Shown here piece by piece: positions 1 to 9,322 of a stretch of 64,000 nt of DNA. Source of the stretch: Nitrospirota bacterium (lineage in GTDB: Bacteria > Nitrospirota > UBA9217); assembly GCA_963754875.1 (NCBI GenBank), contig CAVWHO010000020.1:1-64000 (forward strand), in the 5' to 3' direction. The translations under genes were made by a program, and so were the position numbers. The notes beneath the pieces were generated by a model that was not told where the DNA came from, ran no database searches, and saw nothing but the letters and a program-made list of their open reading frames with translations. Within the stretch, counting starts at the first letter, position 1; each line of letters begins with the position of its first letter.

Positions 1-1
1 C

Positions 2-262
2 TGCCCCTATGGCGTCCGGTTTTTCCACCCGGTCTATCATACCGCGGAGAAATGCACGTTCTGCTACCACCGGATCACCAAGGGGTTGAAAACCGCTTGC
101 GTGCAGGCCTGTCCCTTCGGCGCTCGCCAGATCGGCAACATTAAAGACCCGAACGACCCGGTGACACAGGTCATAAGGTCACAGCGGGTAGGCGTGTTGA
201 AGAGTGAATACGGCACAAAACCCCAGGTTTACTACCTCGGCCTGGATGAGGAGGTCAGATAA
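2..262 (+). CDS. 3' end of 4Fe-4S dicluster protein (NrfC/DmsB family), partial
   Basis: Manual translation from base 2: CPYGVRFFHP...EKCTFCYHRI...ACVQACPFGAR...PQVYYLGLDEEVR*; TAA at 260-262; not in ORF track. Confidence 0.9.
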   Translation, partial: CPYGVRFFHPVYHTAEKCTFCYHRITKGLKTACVQACPFGARQIGNIKDPNDPVTQVIRSQRVGVLKSEYGTKPQVYYLGLDEEVR

Positions 263-263
263 C

Positions 264-1517
264 ATGGTACACGGAGAACTTTGGACCGTAAAAGAACTGT
301 TTGTTTTGCCGAACGAATATATTTACTGGAGCATCCAGGTCGTGATGTATCCTTTTATGACGGGGCTCGTTGCCGGCGCCTTCGTGCTGTCGTCGCTTTA
401 CCACGTGTTCGGCATCCAGAAGCTTAAAGACATGGCGCGTTTTGCGCTGGTATTCTCTTTTGCCTTGCTTCCCTTCGCTCCTCTGCCCATCATGCTCCAC
501 CTCCAGTCGCCGTTTAGGGGCATCGAGATCTTTATGACGCCGCACTTCACCTCGGCCATTGCCGCCTTCGGCGTTGTGTTCTTTTCCTACGGCGCCCTCG
601 TAGCGTCGGAGCTGTGGTTCCTGTATCGCAAACACTTCGTAGAAGTGGCGCTCAAACTCCGGGAAAAGCAGGACAAAACATTGATGGAGTGGCTCGGCTA
701 CCTGCTTTTCTGTTCCCTCACGTTGGGCGTGTACGACATCAGTGAGGAGGCGCTGCACAAAGACGAAAAGGCGATCAAGTTTCTCGCAAGTCTCGGCATT
801 CCTGTGGCCTGTTTCCTCCATGGATATGCGGGCTTTATCTTCGGATCGGTGAAAGCCAATGCACTCTGGATGACGCCGCTTATGCCGGTCATCTTTATTA
901 TGTCCGCCATCGTGTCGGGCATCGCGCTCTGTCTGCTTACCTATATTGTGACCATGGAAGGCAAAAAATTCCTGGCTCATCGCAAGAGGGCCGCGCTGGG
1001 TACGTTCCATTCAGAGCAGGAAATCAAGAGCGTTGAGATCAGTGTCGTTCAGATGACGTCCAAATACTTGCTGGCCTTCATGGTTGCGGCAATCAGTCTC
1101 GAACTCCTGGACATCATTTTCCGGGGCTATACGGCCGTGAAGTCCTGGGACATCCTGCGAAGCGTCATTTATGAGCGCGATTTCGCCGATATCTTTATCA
1201 AGCAGTACGCTATCGGCAACCTCCTGCCGCTCATTATATTCCTTATGCCAGGGCTGACGATACGAAGAACAGTAATCGGCACTCTTTTCGTGCTCTTCGG
1301 CGTCCTGATGATGCGGTGGAACGTCGTGATCGGCGGTCAGGCATTTTCTCTGACCTTTGCCGGATTCATGCATTATCACTTGCCTATAATCCCGCACAAT
1401 TATGAGACCTTCAAAGAAGGACTTTTCGGAGCTCTAGCCATCTTCATCGGGCCTTTTGTCACATTCTGGGTCATGAGCTACATCTTCCCCGTATTCGATT
1501 ACGAAGAAGCCCATTAA
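264..1517 (+). CDS. NrfD/PsrC family polytopic membrane subunit (quinol oxidoreductase)
   Basis: ATG 264 after GAGGAGG; YPFMTGLVAGAF, LHGYAGFIFG, LMPVIFIMSAIVSG, MMRWNVVIGGQ motifs; many TM helices; follows FeS gene. Confidence 0.9.
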   Translation: MVHGELWTVKELFVLPNEYIYWSIQVVMYPFMTGLVAGAFVLSSLYHVFGIQKLKDMARFALVFSFALLPFAPLPIMLHLQSPFRGIEIFMTPHFTSAIAAFGVVFFSYGALVASELWFLYRKHFVEVALKLREKQDKTLMEWLGYLLFCSLTLGVYDISEEALHKDEKAIKFLASLGIPVACFLHGYAGFIFGSVKANALWMTPLMPVIFIMSAIVSGIALCLLTYIVTMEGKKFLAHRKRAALGTFHSEQEIKSVEISVVQMTSKYLLAFMVAAISLELLDIIFRGYTAVKSWDILRSVIYERDFADIFIKQYAIGNLLPLIIFLMPGLTIRRTVIGTLFVLFGVLMMRWNVVIGGQAFSLTFAGFMHYHLPIIPHNYETFKEGLFGALAIFIGPFVTFWVMSYIFPVFDYEEAH

Positions 1518-1535
1518 GGTAGTCCAAAAGAATGC

Positions 1536-1566
1536 ATTCTCCCGGGAGTCTATCTCCCGGGAGAAT
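1536..1566. terminator. Stem-loop after NrfD-family gene (terminator or mRNA stabiliser)
   Basis: ATTCTCCCGGGAG-TCTAT-CTCCCGGGAGAAT, 13-bp perfect stem; no clear U tract. Confidence 0.45.
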
Positions 1567-1587
1567 ATCTCAAATTGAAAATTTAAC

Positions 1588-1629
1588 TTGCTTTCTGGGC
1601 CGTGGCTCCTTAAAATGTTGCAACATTTT
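1588..1629 (+). promoter_or_regulatory. sigma70-like promoter with overlapping 18-bp perfect palindrome (putative operator)
   Basis: TTGCTT(1588-1593)-17 bp-TAAAAT(1611-1616); AAAATGTTGCAACATTTT at 1612-1629. Confidence 0.6.
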
Positions 1630-1670
1630 GCTACTAAACAGCGACCTCAAACCGGAAACGGGGAAATGAT

Positions 1671-2189
1671 ATGGAAGAAAAGAAAGTAAACCGTCTATTC
1701 TGTTTTATCGCATTTATGTTTTTTGTCCTCTTTTCTGGGCATCTTTATGCTCAGGAACCGGACGTCCCGAAAAAGTTCTTTGTTCCGCCCCCTCCCTTTA
1801 CCCCTGGTATTTTCCCCTGCTCGCAGTGCCACCAGGGCATGCCCGTTAACAAACACCGGCGCAAACTGGAAATGCATCAGGAGATCGCGGATAATTTTAA
1901 ACACATGCCCGGCGGCTGGTGTTTCGACTGCCACAACCCCGGCAACCGGGATAAGTTGCGACTTGCGAACGGCAAACTGGTCAGTTTTGAGGAATCATAT
2001 ATTCTCTGCGGCCAGTGCCACGGCGTGGTCCTGCGCGACTGGGAGGTAGGGCTCCACGGCAAGAGAACGGGAATGTGGAACGGCAAAAAAGAGTATCGTC
2101 TCTGCGTAAACTGCCACTGGCCTCATAATCCACCGTTCAAGCCGCTCAAGCCGCTCCCGCCGCCTGTAAGGCCGAATGACATTAAGTAA
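1671..2189 (+). CDS. Tetraheme c-type cytochrome (CbcS-like)
   Basis: Signal peptide; CSQCH, CFDCH, CGQCH, CVNCH; precedes FeS and NrfD genes as in Geobacter cbcSTU. Confidence 0.9.
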   Translation: MEEKKVNRLFCFIAFMFFVLFSGHLYAQEPDVPKKFFVPPPPFTPGIFPCSQCHQGMPVNKHRRKLEMHQEIADNFKHMPGGWCFDCHNPGNRDKLRLANGKLVSFEESYILCGQCHGVVLRDWEVGLHGKRTGMWNGKKEYRLCVNCHWPHNPPFKPLKPLPPPVRPNDIK

Positions 2190-2214
2190 TAAAAAAAAGA
2201 GGACGAGGAAATCG

Positions 2215-3141
2215 ATGGGAAAAATTGAGAAGAAAAAAGACGGAATCCATCTCGACCGGAGGACCCTGCTGAAAGGTGCGGCCCTCGGACTTGCGGCAAC
2301 AGCGCTCCCCCTGAAGAATGCCGATGCTTCTTTCTGGGAGGCGTTCTTCCAGAAGCGCTTCATAGAAATGAACGATGCCGAGAAAAAGCAGGTTCTCAGC
2401 CGTCTTGAGCAGGAGTACGAAGAAAAATATAAGAAAGCGATCAAAGTGGGCGCTGAACCGCCCATGCCGGGCGTGCTCTTCGGCTACGGACTTGATCTCT
2501 CCCGGTGCATCGGCTGCAGGCGGTGCGTCTATGCCTGCGTTGACGAGAACAATCAGTCCAAAGATCCGCAGGTCCAGTGGATCTCCGTTCTTCGATTCAA
2601 GAAGGGCGAAAAATGGGCTGACCTCGAGGATTCGGACAGGTACTATAATCCGGACCTCGTGCCGGAAGAGGGCTATTTCACGATGCCCGTGCAGTGCCAG
2701 CAGTGCGAGAACCCGCCCTGCGTTCGAGCCTGCCCGACACAGGCAACCTGGAAAGAGCCTGACGGGATCGTGGTTGTGGATTACAACTGGTGCATCGGCT
2801 GCCGCTACTGTATGGCAGCCTGTCCTTACGGAGCGCGTCACTTCAACTGGGCCGAGCCGGGCCGCAAGTCCGAGGAGATCAATCCGAATACGCACTACCT
2901 CGGGAACCGGCCGCGCTACAAGGGAGTGGTGGAGAAGTGCACGTTCTGCATCCAGCGTACACGAAACGGACGATACCCCGCGTGCGTGGAGATCTGCCCG
3001 GTAGGTGCGCGAAAGTTCGGCAACCTCCTCGATCCCAACAGTGAAATCCGCTACGCGATCGAGAATAAGAGGGTGTTCCGACTGAAGGAAGATTTGAACA
3101 CCAATCCCAAGTTCTATTATTTCTTCGCATACGGCAGGTAG
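2215..3141 (+). CDS. Tat-exported 4Fe-4S dicluster protein (CbcT/NrfC-like)
   Basis: DRRTLLKG Tat motif; CIGCRRCVYAC, CQQCENPPCVRACP, CIGCRYCMAACP, KCTFC...CVEICP; ATG 2215 after GAGGA. Confidence 0.92.
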   Translation: MGKIEKKKDGIHLDRRTLLKGAALGLAATALPLKNADASFWEAFFQKRFIEMNDAEKKQVLSRLEQEYEEKYKKAIKVGAEPPMPGVLFGYGLDLSRCIGCRRCVYACVDENNQSKDPQVQWISVLRFKKGEKWADLEDSDRYYNPDLVPEEGYFTMPVQCQQCENPPCVRACPTQATWKEPDGIVVVDYNWCIGCRYCMAACPYGARHFNWAEPGRKSEEINPNTHYLGNRPRYKGVVEKCTFCIQRTRNGRYPACVEICPVGARKFGNLLDPNSEIRYAIENKRVFRLKEDLNTNPKFYYFFAYGR

Positions 3142-3154
3142 GAGGCTCTCGCTC

Positions 3155-4375
3155 ATGGGCACGTTGATCAAAAACTTTTTCATCGCTTTACGTCAGATAT
3201 TCATCGGGAACCGCGCTTACTATCTCTGGATCGCGTTCCTGTCATTTTTCATCCTGCTCGGACTAAGCGCCTACATTGACCAGTTCAATCGCGGCCTGAT
3301 CACGACAGCCATGCGGGACCAGGTATCATGGGGATTGTTCATATCGAACTTCACCTTTCTGGTCGGTGTGGCTGCCGCCGCGGTCCTGCTCGTCGTGCCG
3401 GCGTACCTCTATCATTTTAAACCGATAAAGGAAATCGTGCTGTTTGGAGAGTTGCTGGCCATAACTGCGATCTGCATGTGCATCCTGTTCATCCTCGTGG
3501 ACATGGGGCAGCCGACGCGCGTCTGGCATATTCTTCCGTTCATCGGGGCCATGCACTTTCCCGCATCACTCCTGGCCTGGGACGTGGTCGTTTTGAACGG
3601 CTATCTTGCCATTAACAGCATTGTTGCCTTTTACGTGCTCTACCGGCTTTCGATCGGGAAAGATTACAGCATGTCCGTGATCGGCCCCCTGATCATCCTC
3701 TCGATTCCATGGGCCGTCAGCATTCACACCGTGACGGCGTTCCTCTATAACGGATTGTCGTCGCGGCCGTTCTGGAACGCCTCGATTCTGGCGCCCCGGT
3801 TTCTCGCTTCAGCGTTCTGTTCGGGGCCTGCCATCATGCTGGTATTATTCCAGATCATCAGAAAACGGTCGGATTTGGAGATCGATAACAGGGCAATCTT
3901 TAAAATCGCCGAGTTGATGGCCTACGCCATGGGTATCAACCTCTTCCTCCTGGGCGCAGAGATGTTCAAGGAATTTTATTCGGGCGGCGTTGACAGCTAT
4001 TCCATCCAGTATCTCTATTTCGGACTTCACGGGAAATCTGGCCTGGTGCCCTGGATGTGGTCCGCGACCCTCATGAACATTACTGCATTCTTTATATTTC
4101 TCTTCCCGAAGACCAGAGAGAATTTTACGACGCTCAACATCGGTTGCGCGCTCATAATCATGGGCATATATATCGAGAAGGGGATGGGGCTCATCGTGCC
4201 CGGTTTTATCCCCGATACGCTCGGTGAAATCTACGAGTACTCGCCCACGAGGTCGGAAATCCTCGTTACGATGGGAATCTGGGCGTGCGGTGCGCTCCTC
4301 TATACCCTCTTGCTGAAGTTTGCTATCCCGATCTACACGGGAAAGCTGCGGTTCGAAACAAAAGAATCCACGTAA
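3155..4375 (+). CDS. NrfD family membrane subunit (CbcU/DsrP-like)
   Basis: MRDQVSWGLFISNFTFLVGVAAAAV, DMGQP, WAVSIHTVTAFL, APRFLASAF, EKGMGLIVPGF; about 10 TM helices. Confidence 0.9.
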   Translation: MGTLIKNFFIALRQIFIGNRAYYLWIAFLSFFILLGLSAYIDQFNRGLITTAMRDQVSWGLFISNFTFLVGVAAAAVLLVVPAYLYHFKPIKEIVLFGELLAITAICMCILFILVDMGQPTRVWHILPFIGAMHFPASLLAWDVVVLNGYLAINSIVAFYVLYRLSIGKDYSMSVIGPLIILSIPWAVSIHTVTAFLYNGLSSRPFWNASILAPRFLASAFCSGPAIMLVLFQIIRKRSDLEIDNRAIFKIAELMAYAMGINLFLLGAEMFKEFYSGGVDSYSIQYLYFGLHGKSGLVPWMWSATLMNITAFFIFLFPKTRENFTTLNIGCALIIMGIYIEKGMGLIVPGFIPDTLGEIYEYSPTRSEILVTMGIWACGALLYTLLLKFAIPIYTGKLRFETKEST

Positions 4376-4651
4376 TACTGATTCCGCGCGGCTGCTGGTA
4401 CCACACCAGGCTGTGATTCCGCAGCTCATCGAAACCGACCCTCGCTAAGCTCTCCTCCAGGGGCAGTCCAACCAGACTGTCCCTGTTTTTTTTCTCAGCC
4501 TTCGGGACATCTCGAACGGCATCGATATAGTTTCCTCGTGCCTGTTTCAAAAAAATGAGCAGGCTGATGCACAGCCTGCTCAATGAATGACGGTCTTATT
4601 CCACGAAAATCCTCATCGGTTTTGCGTGGAAGGAGATTACCTGCTTATATC

Positions 4652-5060
4652 CTACGGTGCGTCGGCAGTCCTGCCGGTGAAATCCGTAACGCCGTTAAAG
4701 GGCTCATTCTCAACGCCTTCAACGCCGCCGGCACTTAGCCACCTGCACCGGAGCTTTCTACGGGTGCACTGCCCCATGAAAGGGCTGCAGGGCCGATGTC
4801 CGCCGTGGCATCAGGTGTTCTGCGTGAAATCCGTGATGCCGTTATGCAGATCCCCTAGTTCAGCTGATAGACCCAGGCCGCCTGCGCCGGAACCTTCATC
4901 TTCCGGAGGCGGGCTGCCGATCAAATAGTCCGACGAGCCCATGTCGGCATTGTGTCGAGCGTTCTGCCGGAGAAATCTGAGGCCGGGCTCTCTACCAGGA
5001 CGCGTTACCGGATCAGCGGCAGAGCAAGCGCCATCAGCGTTGCGGTGATGGGGGGGCATT
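4652..5060 (-). pseudogene. Frameshifted remnant of a small repeat protein (~147-bp period, NG[IV]TDF[ST]GRT / SGAGG motifs)
   Basis: Three related motif copies at 4960-4977, 4814-4831 and 4667-4684 on the minus strand, in shifting frames. Confidence 0.4.
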
Positions 5061-5153
5061 CCGGACCTGCATGGGCGTTCACGTGGTCATACGGGGAACA
5101 GTACATTATTGGAGGGCGAGTAACAGGAAGACCGCGCTGGCCGGGAGTAGAAC

Positions 5154-5187
5154 AAAAAAGGCCGCCGGTGCTTTGCACCGGCGGCCT
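5154..5187 (-). terminator. Rho-independent terminator of the Rieske-cyt b-cyt c operon
   Basis: AGGCCGCCGGTGC-TTT-GCACCGGCGGCCT hairpin; A run 5154-5159 is the U tract on the minus strand. Confidence 0.85.
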
Positions 5188-5212
5188 GCTGCTCAAAAGG
5201 TCTCTCTTTTCT

Positions 5213-6070
5213 TTATTCCTTCGTCTGGTTCAGGAGGAAGATAACAATGCCCATGCCGGCAAATGCCAGCATCAGGAACGCAGAGAAATTCTTTCTGAAC
5301 TTCAATTCTCGATTGGTTGCCTGGATATTGTTGTCGATCTTATCAAGCCGGGACGTAAATTCGTCGGTACGGTCTTTGACGAGTTTGACATCAACGGTAT
5401 GGAAAAGCGCCCGGAATTCCGCCTGCGTGCTGAACAAGTCCCTCTCATCAGTTACCGGATAAATGCCTTCCCGCTTCAAGTCTCTAAGATTTTTTTCGAG
5501 CCCTTCTATTTTGGTTTCAGTCATGAAGAGCGCCTGTTTCATTGTTTGTGCCCGTTCATAGGTATGGCACCTGGTGCAGAGCTGCTCGCTGATGATGCTG
5601 ATGCTGGCCTTCTGGATATTGTGGGACCCATGGCAGGTCACACAATTAGGGGCCTTGTGGCCGGCCTTGAGAGCCTTGCCATGGCCGCTTTCCAGGTAAT
5701 TGGCGACAATCGCGATATGGCATTTCCCGCAGAATTCGGGGACATTTTTTGGCTGCGGGACGCCGACGAAACCCCGTTCTCGCGACATGGCCATCGCAGC
5801 GTCCTTTGGATCGCCGCCGTGGCAGTTCTCGCAGGATATGTTGTTCTGCGCATGCCAGCTCGCCTGCCACGCTTCGGTGATCTCCCTGAATTCGGGCGTC
5901 ATCTTGTCAGATGCATGGCACGAGATACAGGCGTTCTGTTCGATCTGTACGCCGGCCCAGGTTTTGGTCAGAAATTCGTTTTCAAAATCCTGCTTGTACC
6001 CTGCTGTTTCCGCTGTTCCCAAGGAGGGAAGCATGAAGAGCATCATGATAGAAACGATAAGATATCTCAT
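5213..6070 (-). CDS. Pentaheme c-type cytochrome with C-terminal membrane anchor (CbcX-like)
   Basis: CISCH, CENCH, CGKCH, CVTCH, CTRCH; signal peptide; C-terminal TM; TAATG overlap with cyt b stop. Confidence 0.9.
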   Translation of the reverse strand: MRYLIVSIMMLFMLPSLGTAETAGYKQDFENEFLTKTWAGVQIEQNACISCHASDKMTPEFREITEAWQASWHAQNNISCENCHGGDPKDAAMAMSRERGFVGVPQPKNVPEFCGKCHIAIVANYLESGHGKALKAGHKAPNCVTCHGSHNIQKASISIISEQLCTRCHTYERAQTMKQALFMTETKIEGLEKNLRDLKREGIYPVTDERDLFSTQAEFRALFHTVDVKLVKDRTDEFTSRLDKIDNNIQATNRELKFRKNFSAFLMLAFAGMGIVIFLLNQTKE

Positions 6071-7164
6071 TATGACCTCCCCCAGAACAGCAGTACGACC
6101 CATGCGCAAAGCAGGAATACGAACACGCCCCGCAGTACTGGCCGCTTCATGACGTTCTTCTCCTTCTGTGTATCAAGGAATGGCCAGATGAGAAATACCA
6201 CCAGCAGGATCAGCTGCAGCGTGATACCGATGAATTTATTCGGAATGAGCTTCATGAGCTGGTAAGGCGCCAGCAGGTACCAGGCCGGCTTGATCTCCTG
6301 CGGCGTCCTTAAGGGGTCTGCCGGTGAATTTATCTCGTGGGAAAAATTGAGGGTCGGCAGGAAGGTGATGATGAAGAACATGACAGCAAAGTACGCCATC
6401 ATCATGTACATTTGCTTCTGGAAAAAGCCCGGATAGTACGGATACCCGTCAGAATAACTTTTTCGCTTGTATTCCGTCTCGGGCCGTTGCTCTTCGTCGA
6501 TTTTCCCGAAGGGGGTCGCCGAAATACCGGTCCGGTTTATCAGGAACAGGTGGATGCCGAGCAGCGCGAGAAAAATAGGGGGAAGGATCGCGACATGGAG
6601 AGCGAAAAACCTGCTGAGCGTCATCGCCGTGACCTGGTCTCCGCCCCTCAGGATCTGGGCAATAGGTTCCCCGATGAGGGGAAAGGCCGTCGGCATCGAC
6701 GTTACAACGGTGGTCGCCCAGTAACTCAACTGGTTCCAGGGAAGCAGATAACCGCTGAACCCGAAGATGACCGATAGGATGAGCAGCAGGCCGCCGCCGA
6801 GCCACGTGAGTTCCCTCGGACGTTTATAGTTGCCCATAAGAAAGACCGTTATCATGTGCAACAGGACGACCAAAATCAAGAGGTTACTGCCGACGGTGTG
6901 CATTTCCCGGAACAACCAGCCGTAGGGAACCTGCGTCATGATTGTTTCCTGGACGCTGCTGAACGCATGGTCAGGATGGGGGATGTAATAGATCAGCAGG
7001 ATTATGCCTGTGAACGCCTCGACAATAAAGGCGATGACGGCCAGAAAGCCGAGGGTATAGAAAATGTTTGTGTTTTTAGGGATCCGATAATCGATCACCT
7101 GGGTCTGAATGATTGCGTCCAGACCGATCCGCACATCAAGCCAACGTCTGAAATTTTTCCACAT
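6070..7164 (-). CDS. Cytochrome b of a Rieske/cyt b complex (fused b6 + subunit IV type; CbcW-like)
   Basis: GWLFREMH, LLHM, PRELTW, GYLLPWNQLSYWA, RFFALHV; IKPAWY at the PEWY position. Confidence 0.95.
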   Translation of the reverse strand: MWKNFRRWLDVRIGLDAIIQTQVIDYRIPKNTNIFYTLGFLAVIAFIVEAFTGIILLIYYIPHPDHAFSSVQETIMTQVPYGWLFREMHTVGSNLLILVVLLHMITVFLMGNYKRPRELTWLGGGLLLILSVIFGFSGYLLPWNQLSYWATTVVTSMPTAFPLIGEPIAQILRGGDQVTAMTLSRFFALHVAILPPIFLALLGIHLFLINRTGISATPFGKIDEEQRPETEYKRKSYSDGYPYYPGFFQKQMYMMMAYFAVMFFIITFLPTLNFSHEINSPADPLRTPQEIKPAWYLLAPYQLMKLIPNKFIGITLQLILLVVFLIWPFLDTQKEKNVMKRPVLRGVFVFLLCAWVVLLFWGRS

Positions 7165-7168
7165 AGTC

Positions 7169-7585
7169 TCACCCTATTATAATAGTATCGCCGTCAATTC
7201 TCAGCGGTATGACCGTCAGCGGTTTCGGCGGCGGACCAGATACGACGCTTCCATCAAGGTCATAGGTGCCGGCATGGCAGGGACAGATTAATTGTTGCCT
7301 GTTTTTGTTGAACTCAACAAGGCAACCGAGGTGCGTACAGGTGCGGGATAAAGCGATGAACCCCTTGTCGGGCCGGTTGATCAACACAGCCGGAGCATTC
7401 TGGTAAATGAAGTTCTTTGCTTCGCCCGAAGGGACTTCGCTCTTGCGAACGACGGCCTTCTGGGCACCCACAGCTCTGGCGGGGAGCGCCGTGAGAAATT
7501 TCAGGATGGAAAAGACAAAAGAGAAAACTGTAATTGATCCGAGAAAGGCCAGGATGACTTTCAAAAATCTGCGCCTCTTCATCAT
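7169..7585 (-). CDS. Rieske 2Fe-2S protein (CbcV-like)
   Basis: KRRRFLK Tat motif; CTHLGC and CPCH boxes; GPPPKPL; ATG 7585 after GGAGGT. Confidence 0.95.
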   Translation of the reverse strand: MMKRRRFLKVILAFLGSITVFSFVFSILKFLTALPARAVGAQKAVVRKSEVPSGEAKNFIYQNAPAVLINRPDKGFIALSRTCTHLGCLVEFNKNRQQLICPCHAGTYDLDGSVVSGPPPKPLTVIPLRIDGDTIIIG

Positions 7586-7715
7586 ACCTCCAATCCACTG
7601 GTGAAATTTTTTTTCGTTAGTCAAACTAACAAAAATGCAAGTTATTGTCAAGTTAATAAGTTGCAGCACGGTATAAACTAATTGAAAACAGCCCTGTGGA
7701 ATTCGTGAGAAAGTG

Positions 7716-7744
7716 TTGACTTTAACTTTTTCGTATGCTATAAA
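7716..7744 (+). promoter_or_regulatory. sigma70-like promoter of the 11-heme cytochrome gene
   Basis: TTGACT-17 bp-TATAAA with TG extension, in AT-rich divergent intergenic region. Confidence 0.5.
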
Positions 7745-7811
7745 TGTCGCTTAGTTATTCGATAACTCAAGCTACAATTTTGCTTTCCTGCAACAAGTAC
7801 GGGGGGGGAAC

Positions 7812-8837
7812 ATGAAGCTGACCGAATTGTTTAGAGAAAAGATCGCGAAGTTTTCCGAACGTCTCAAGGAGCCAATTTCCCTGAGGGCTAAAATCCTCAT
7901 TTCAGTGCTCCTGCTCATCATCGTCTTCGGTGGAGGTTTTGTCGCTTACAAGTTTTACGATTTCACCCAGAACAATCCCAAATTCTGCGTTGGCTGCCAC
8001 TTGATGCAGTCTGCGTATGACAGCTGGTCACAGAGCGAACATAAGTCTTTGAACTGCCACGAGTGTCATCATCTGACGATCCCCGAACAGAACCAATTGC
8101 TTGTCAGTTTCGTATTGCATAGACCGACGAGCGTTCCTGAACGCCATAAAGGCCAGGTTATCGTGCATATGGATACTTGTGAGAAGTGCCACACAGCGGG
8201 CCAGAGCAAGACTGCGCCATCCATAAACAAGTCGATATTCCACGCCAAACATGTTTTCATGGAGCAGATCGAGTGCACCCAATGCCACGGGGAGGTTAAG
8301 CCCGACAAAAGCGGTTTGCATCACTTCCTGCCGACCGAGAAATTTTGCGCCAAGTGTCATAAGGGAAGGGAAGTGCACGGCATTGGCATGGGCGGCCTGG
8401 CCTGCATCAACTGCCATACGGACCGGACGAAAGATATGAAGCCAGGTCGATTAAAGTGTCTCTATTGCCACAGTTCGGACGAGAATATCAAGAAGCAGCT
8501 CAAAGAGGAAAACTCCATGGATGTGAGGTTCTTTACCCCCGATCCCGCGACGGTCAAGAAGGCGATAAAAATCGCACTCGACAAGAACGCTCCCATGCAG
8601 TTCTACTGCTATGAATGTCACAAGCCCCATGTCCAGGGAAAAATGAAACCAAACAACGAAGTATGCCTGAAATGCCATACCGGCATACCGAAGACCAGCA
8701 AGCACAAGCTGCACCTTGATATGGACATGAAGTGCAAAGACTGCCACAAGCCGCACCTCTGGACGGTGACCGAGGCATCGGCCAAAAAAGACTGTGTAAC
8801 GTGCCACGAGTACCGGAGCCCGAAGGCGTTTCTCTAA
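7812..8837 (+). CDS. Membrane-anchored 11-heme cytochrome c with NapC/NirT-like N-terminus
   Basis: N-terminal TM helix then NPKFCVGCH...WSQSEH...CHECH; 11 CxxCH counted. Confidence 0.9.
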   Translation: MKLTELFREKIAKFSERLKEPISLRAKILISVLLLIIVFGGGFVAYKFYDFTQNNPKFCVGCHLMQSAYDSWSQSEHKSLNCHECHHLTIPEQNQLLVSFVLHRPTSVPERHKGQVIVHMDTCEKCHTAGQSKTAPSINKSIFHAKHVFMEQIECTQCHGEVKPDKSGLHHFLPTEKFCAKCHKGREVHGIGMGGLACINCHTDRTKDMKPGRLKCLYCHSSDENIKKQLKEENSMDVRFFTPDPATVKKAIKIALDKNAPMQFYCYECHKPHVQGKMKPNNEVCLKCHTGIPKTSKHKLHLDMDMKCKDCHKPHLWTVTEASAKKDCVTCHEYRSPKAFL

Positions 8838-8942
8838 GTCTTTTACCACCGCGCAGGATGTTCGATGTCGTTACAGAAGCATCCTGCGCTTGTATCTTAT
8901 GAAATGATTTTCAATTTCAACATGGAAGGAGGTGAAACAAGA

Positions 8943-9263
8943 ATGAAAAAAGTTTTCGTATTGGCCCTGACAGTAGCAATGGTGCTTTCCCTGGCAGTGG
9001 TTGCATTTGCCGTTCCATCGGGCAAGACGCTTGAGTTCGAGCCCAAGGGGGCCGGCAAGGTCGTGTTCAGCGGCAAAGTTCATGCTGAAAAAGGTCTCAA
9101 GTGTGCAGATTGCCATCCGGCTGTCTTCAAGATGAAGAAGGGCGCTGATGCCATCACCATGAAAGACATCAACGAGGGTAAGTTCTGCGGTCATTGCCAC
9201 AACGGCACCAAGGCCTTCAGCACGAAAGAGGCAGCTAATTGCGCAAAGTGTCACCAGAAGTAG
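8943..9263 (+). CDS. Triheme c7-type periplasmic cytochrome, copy 1
   Basis: Signal peptide; GKVVFSGKVH, CADCH, GKFCGHCH, CAKCH; GGAGGT RBS. Confidence 0.92.
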   Translation: MKKVFVLALTVAMVLSLAVVAFAVPSGKTLEFEPKGAGKVVFSGKVHAEKGLKCADCHPAVFKMKKGADAITMKDINEGKFCGHCHNGTKAFSTKEAANCAKCHQK

Positions 9264-9290
9264 AATTAGAATGTCATTATCCGGCTGTCA

Positions 9291-9322
9291 AACCCTCACG
9301 AGAATCTCGTGAGGGTTTTTTT
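9291..9322 (+). terminator. Rho-independent terminator; target of the group IIC intron
   Basis: AACCCTCACGAG-AAT-CTCGTGAGGGTT followed by T run; intron GTGCG starts at 9326. Confidence 0.9.

Noticed and set aside
4811..4813. In-frame TGA as a selenocysteine codon
   Set aside because: A 2-nt deletion in the repeat motif explains it better; the shifted frame restores the repeat peptide
4952..6265. 437-aa plus-strand ORF
   Set aside because: Antisense to the pentaheme cytochrome and cytochrome b and crosses their terminator
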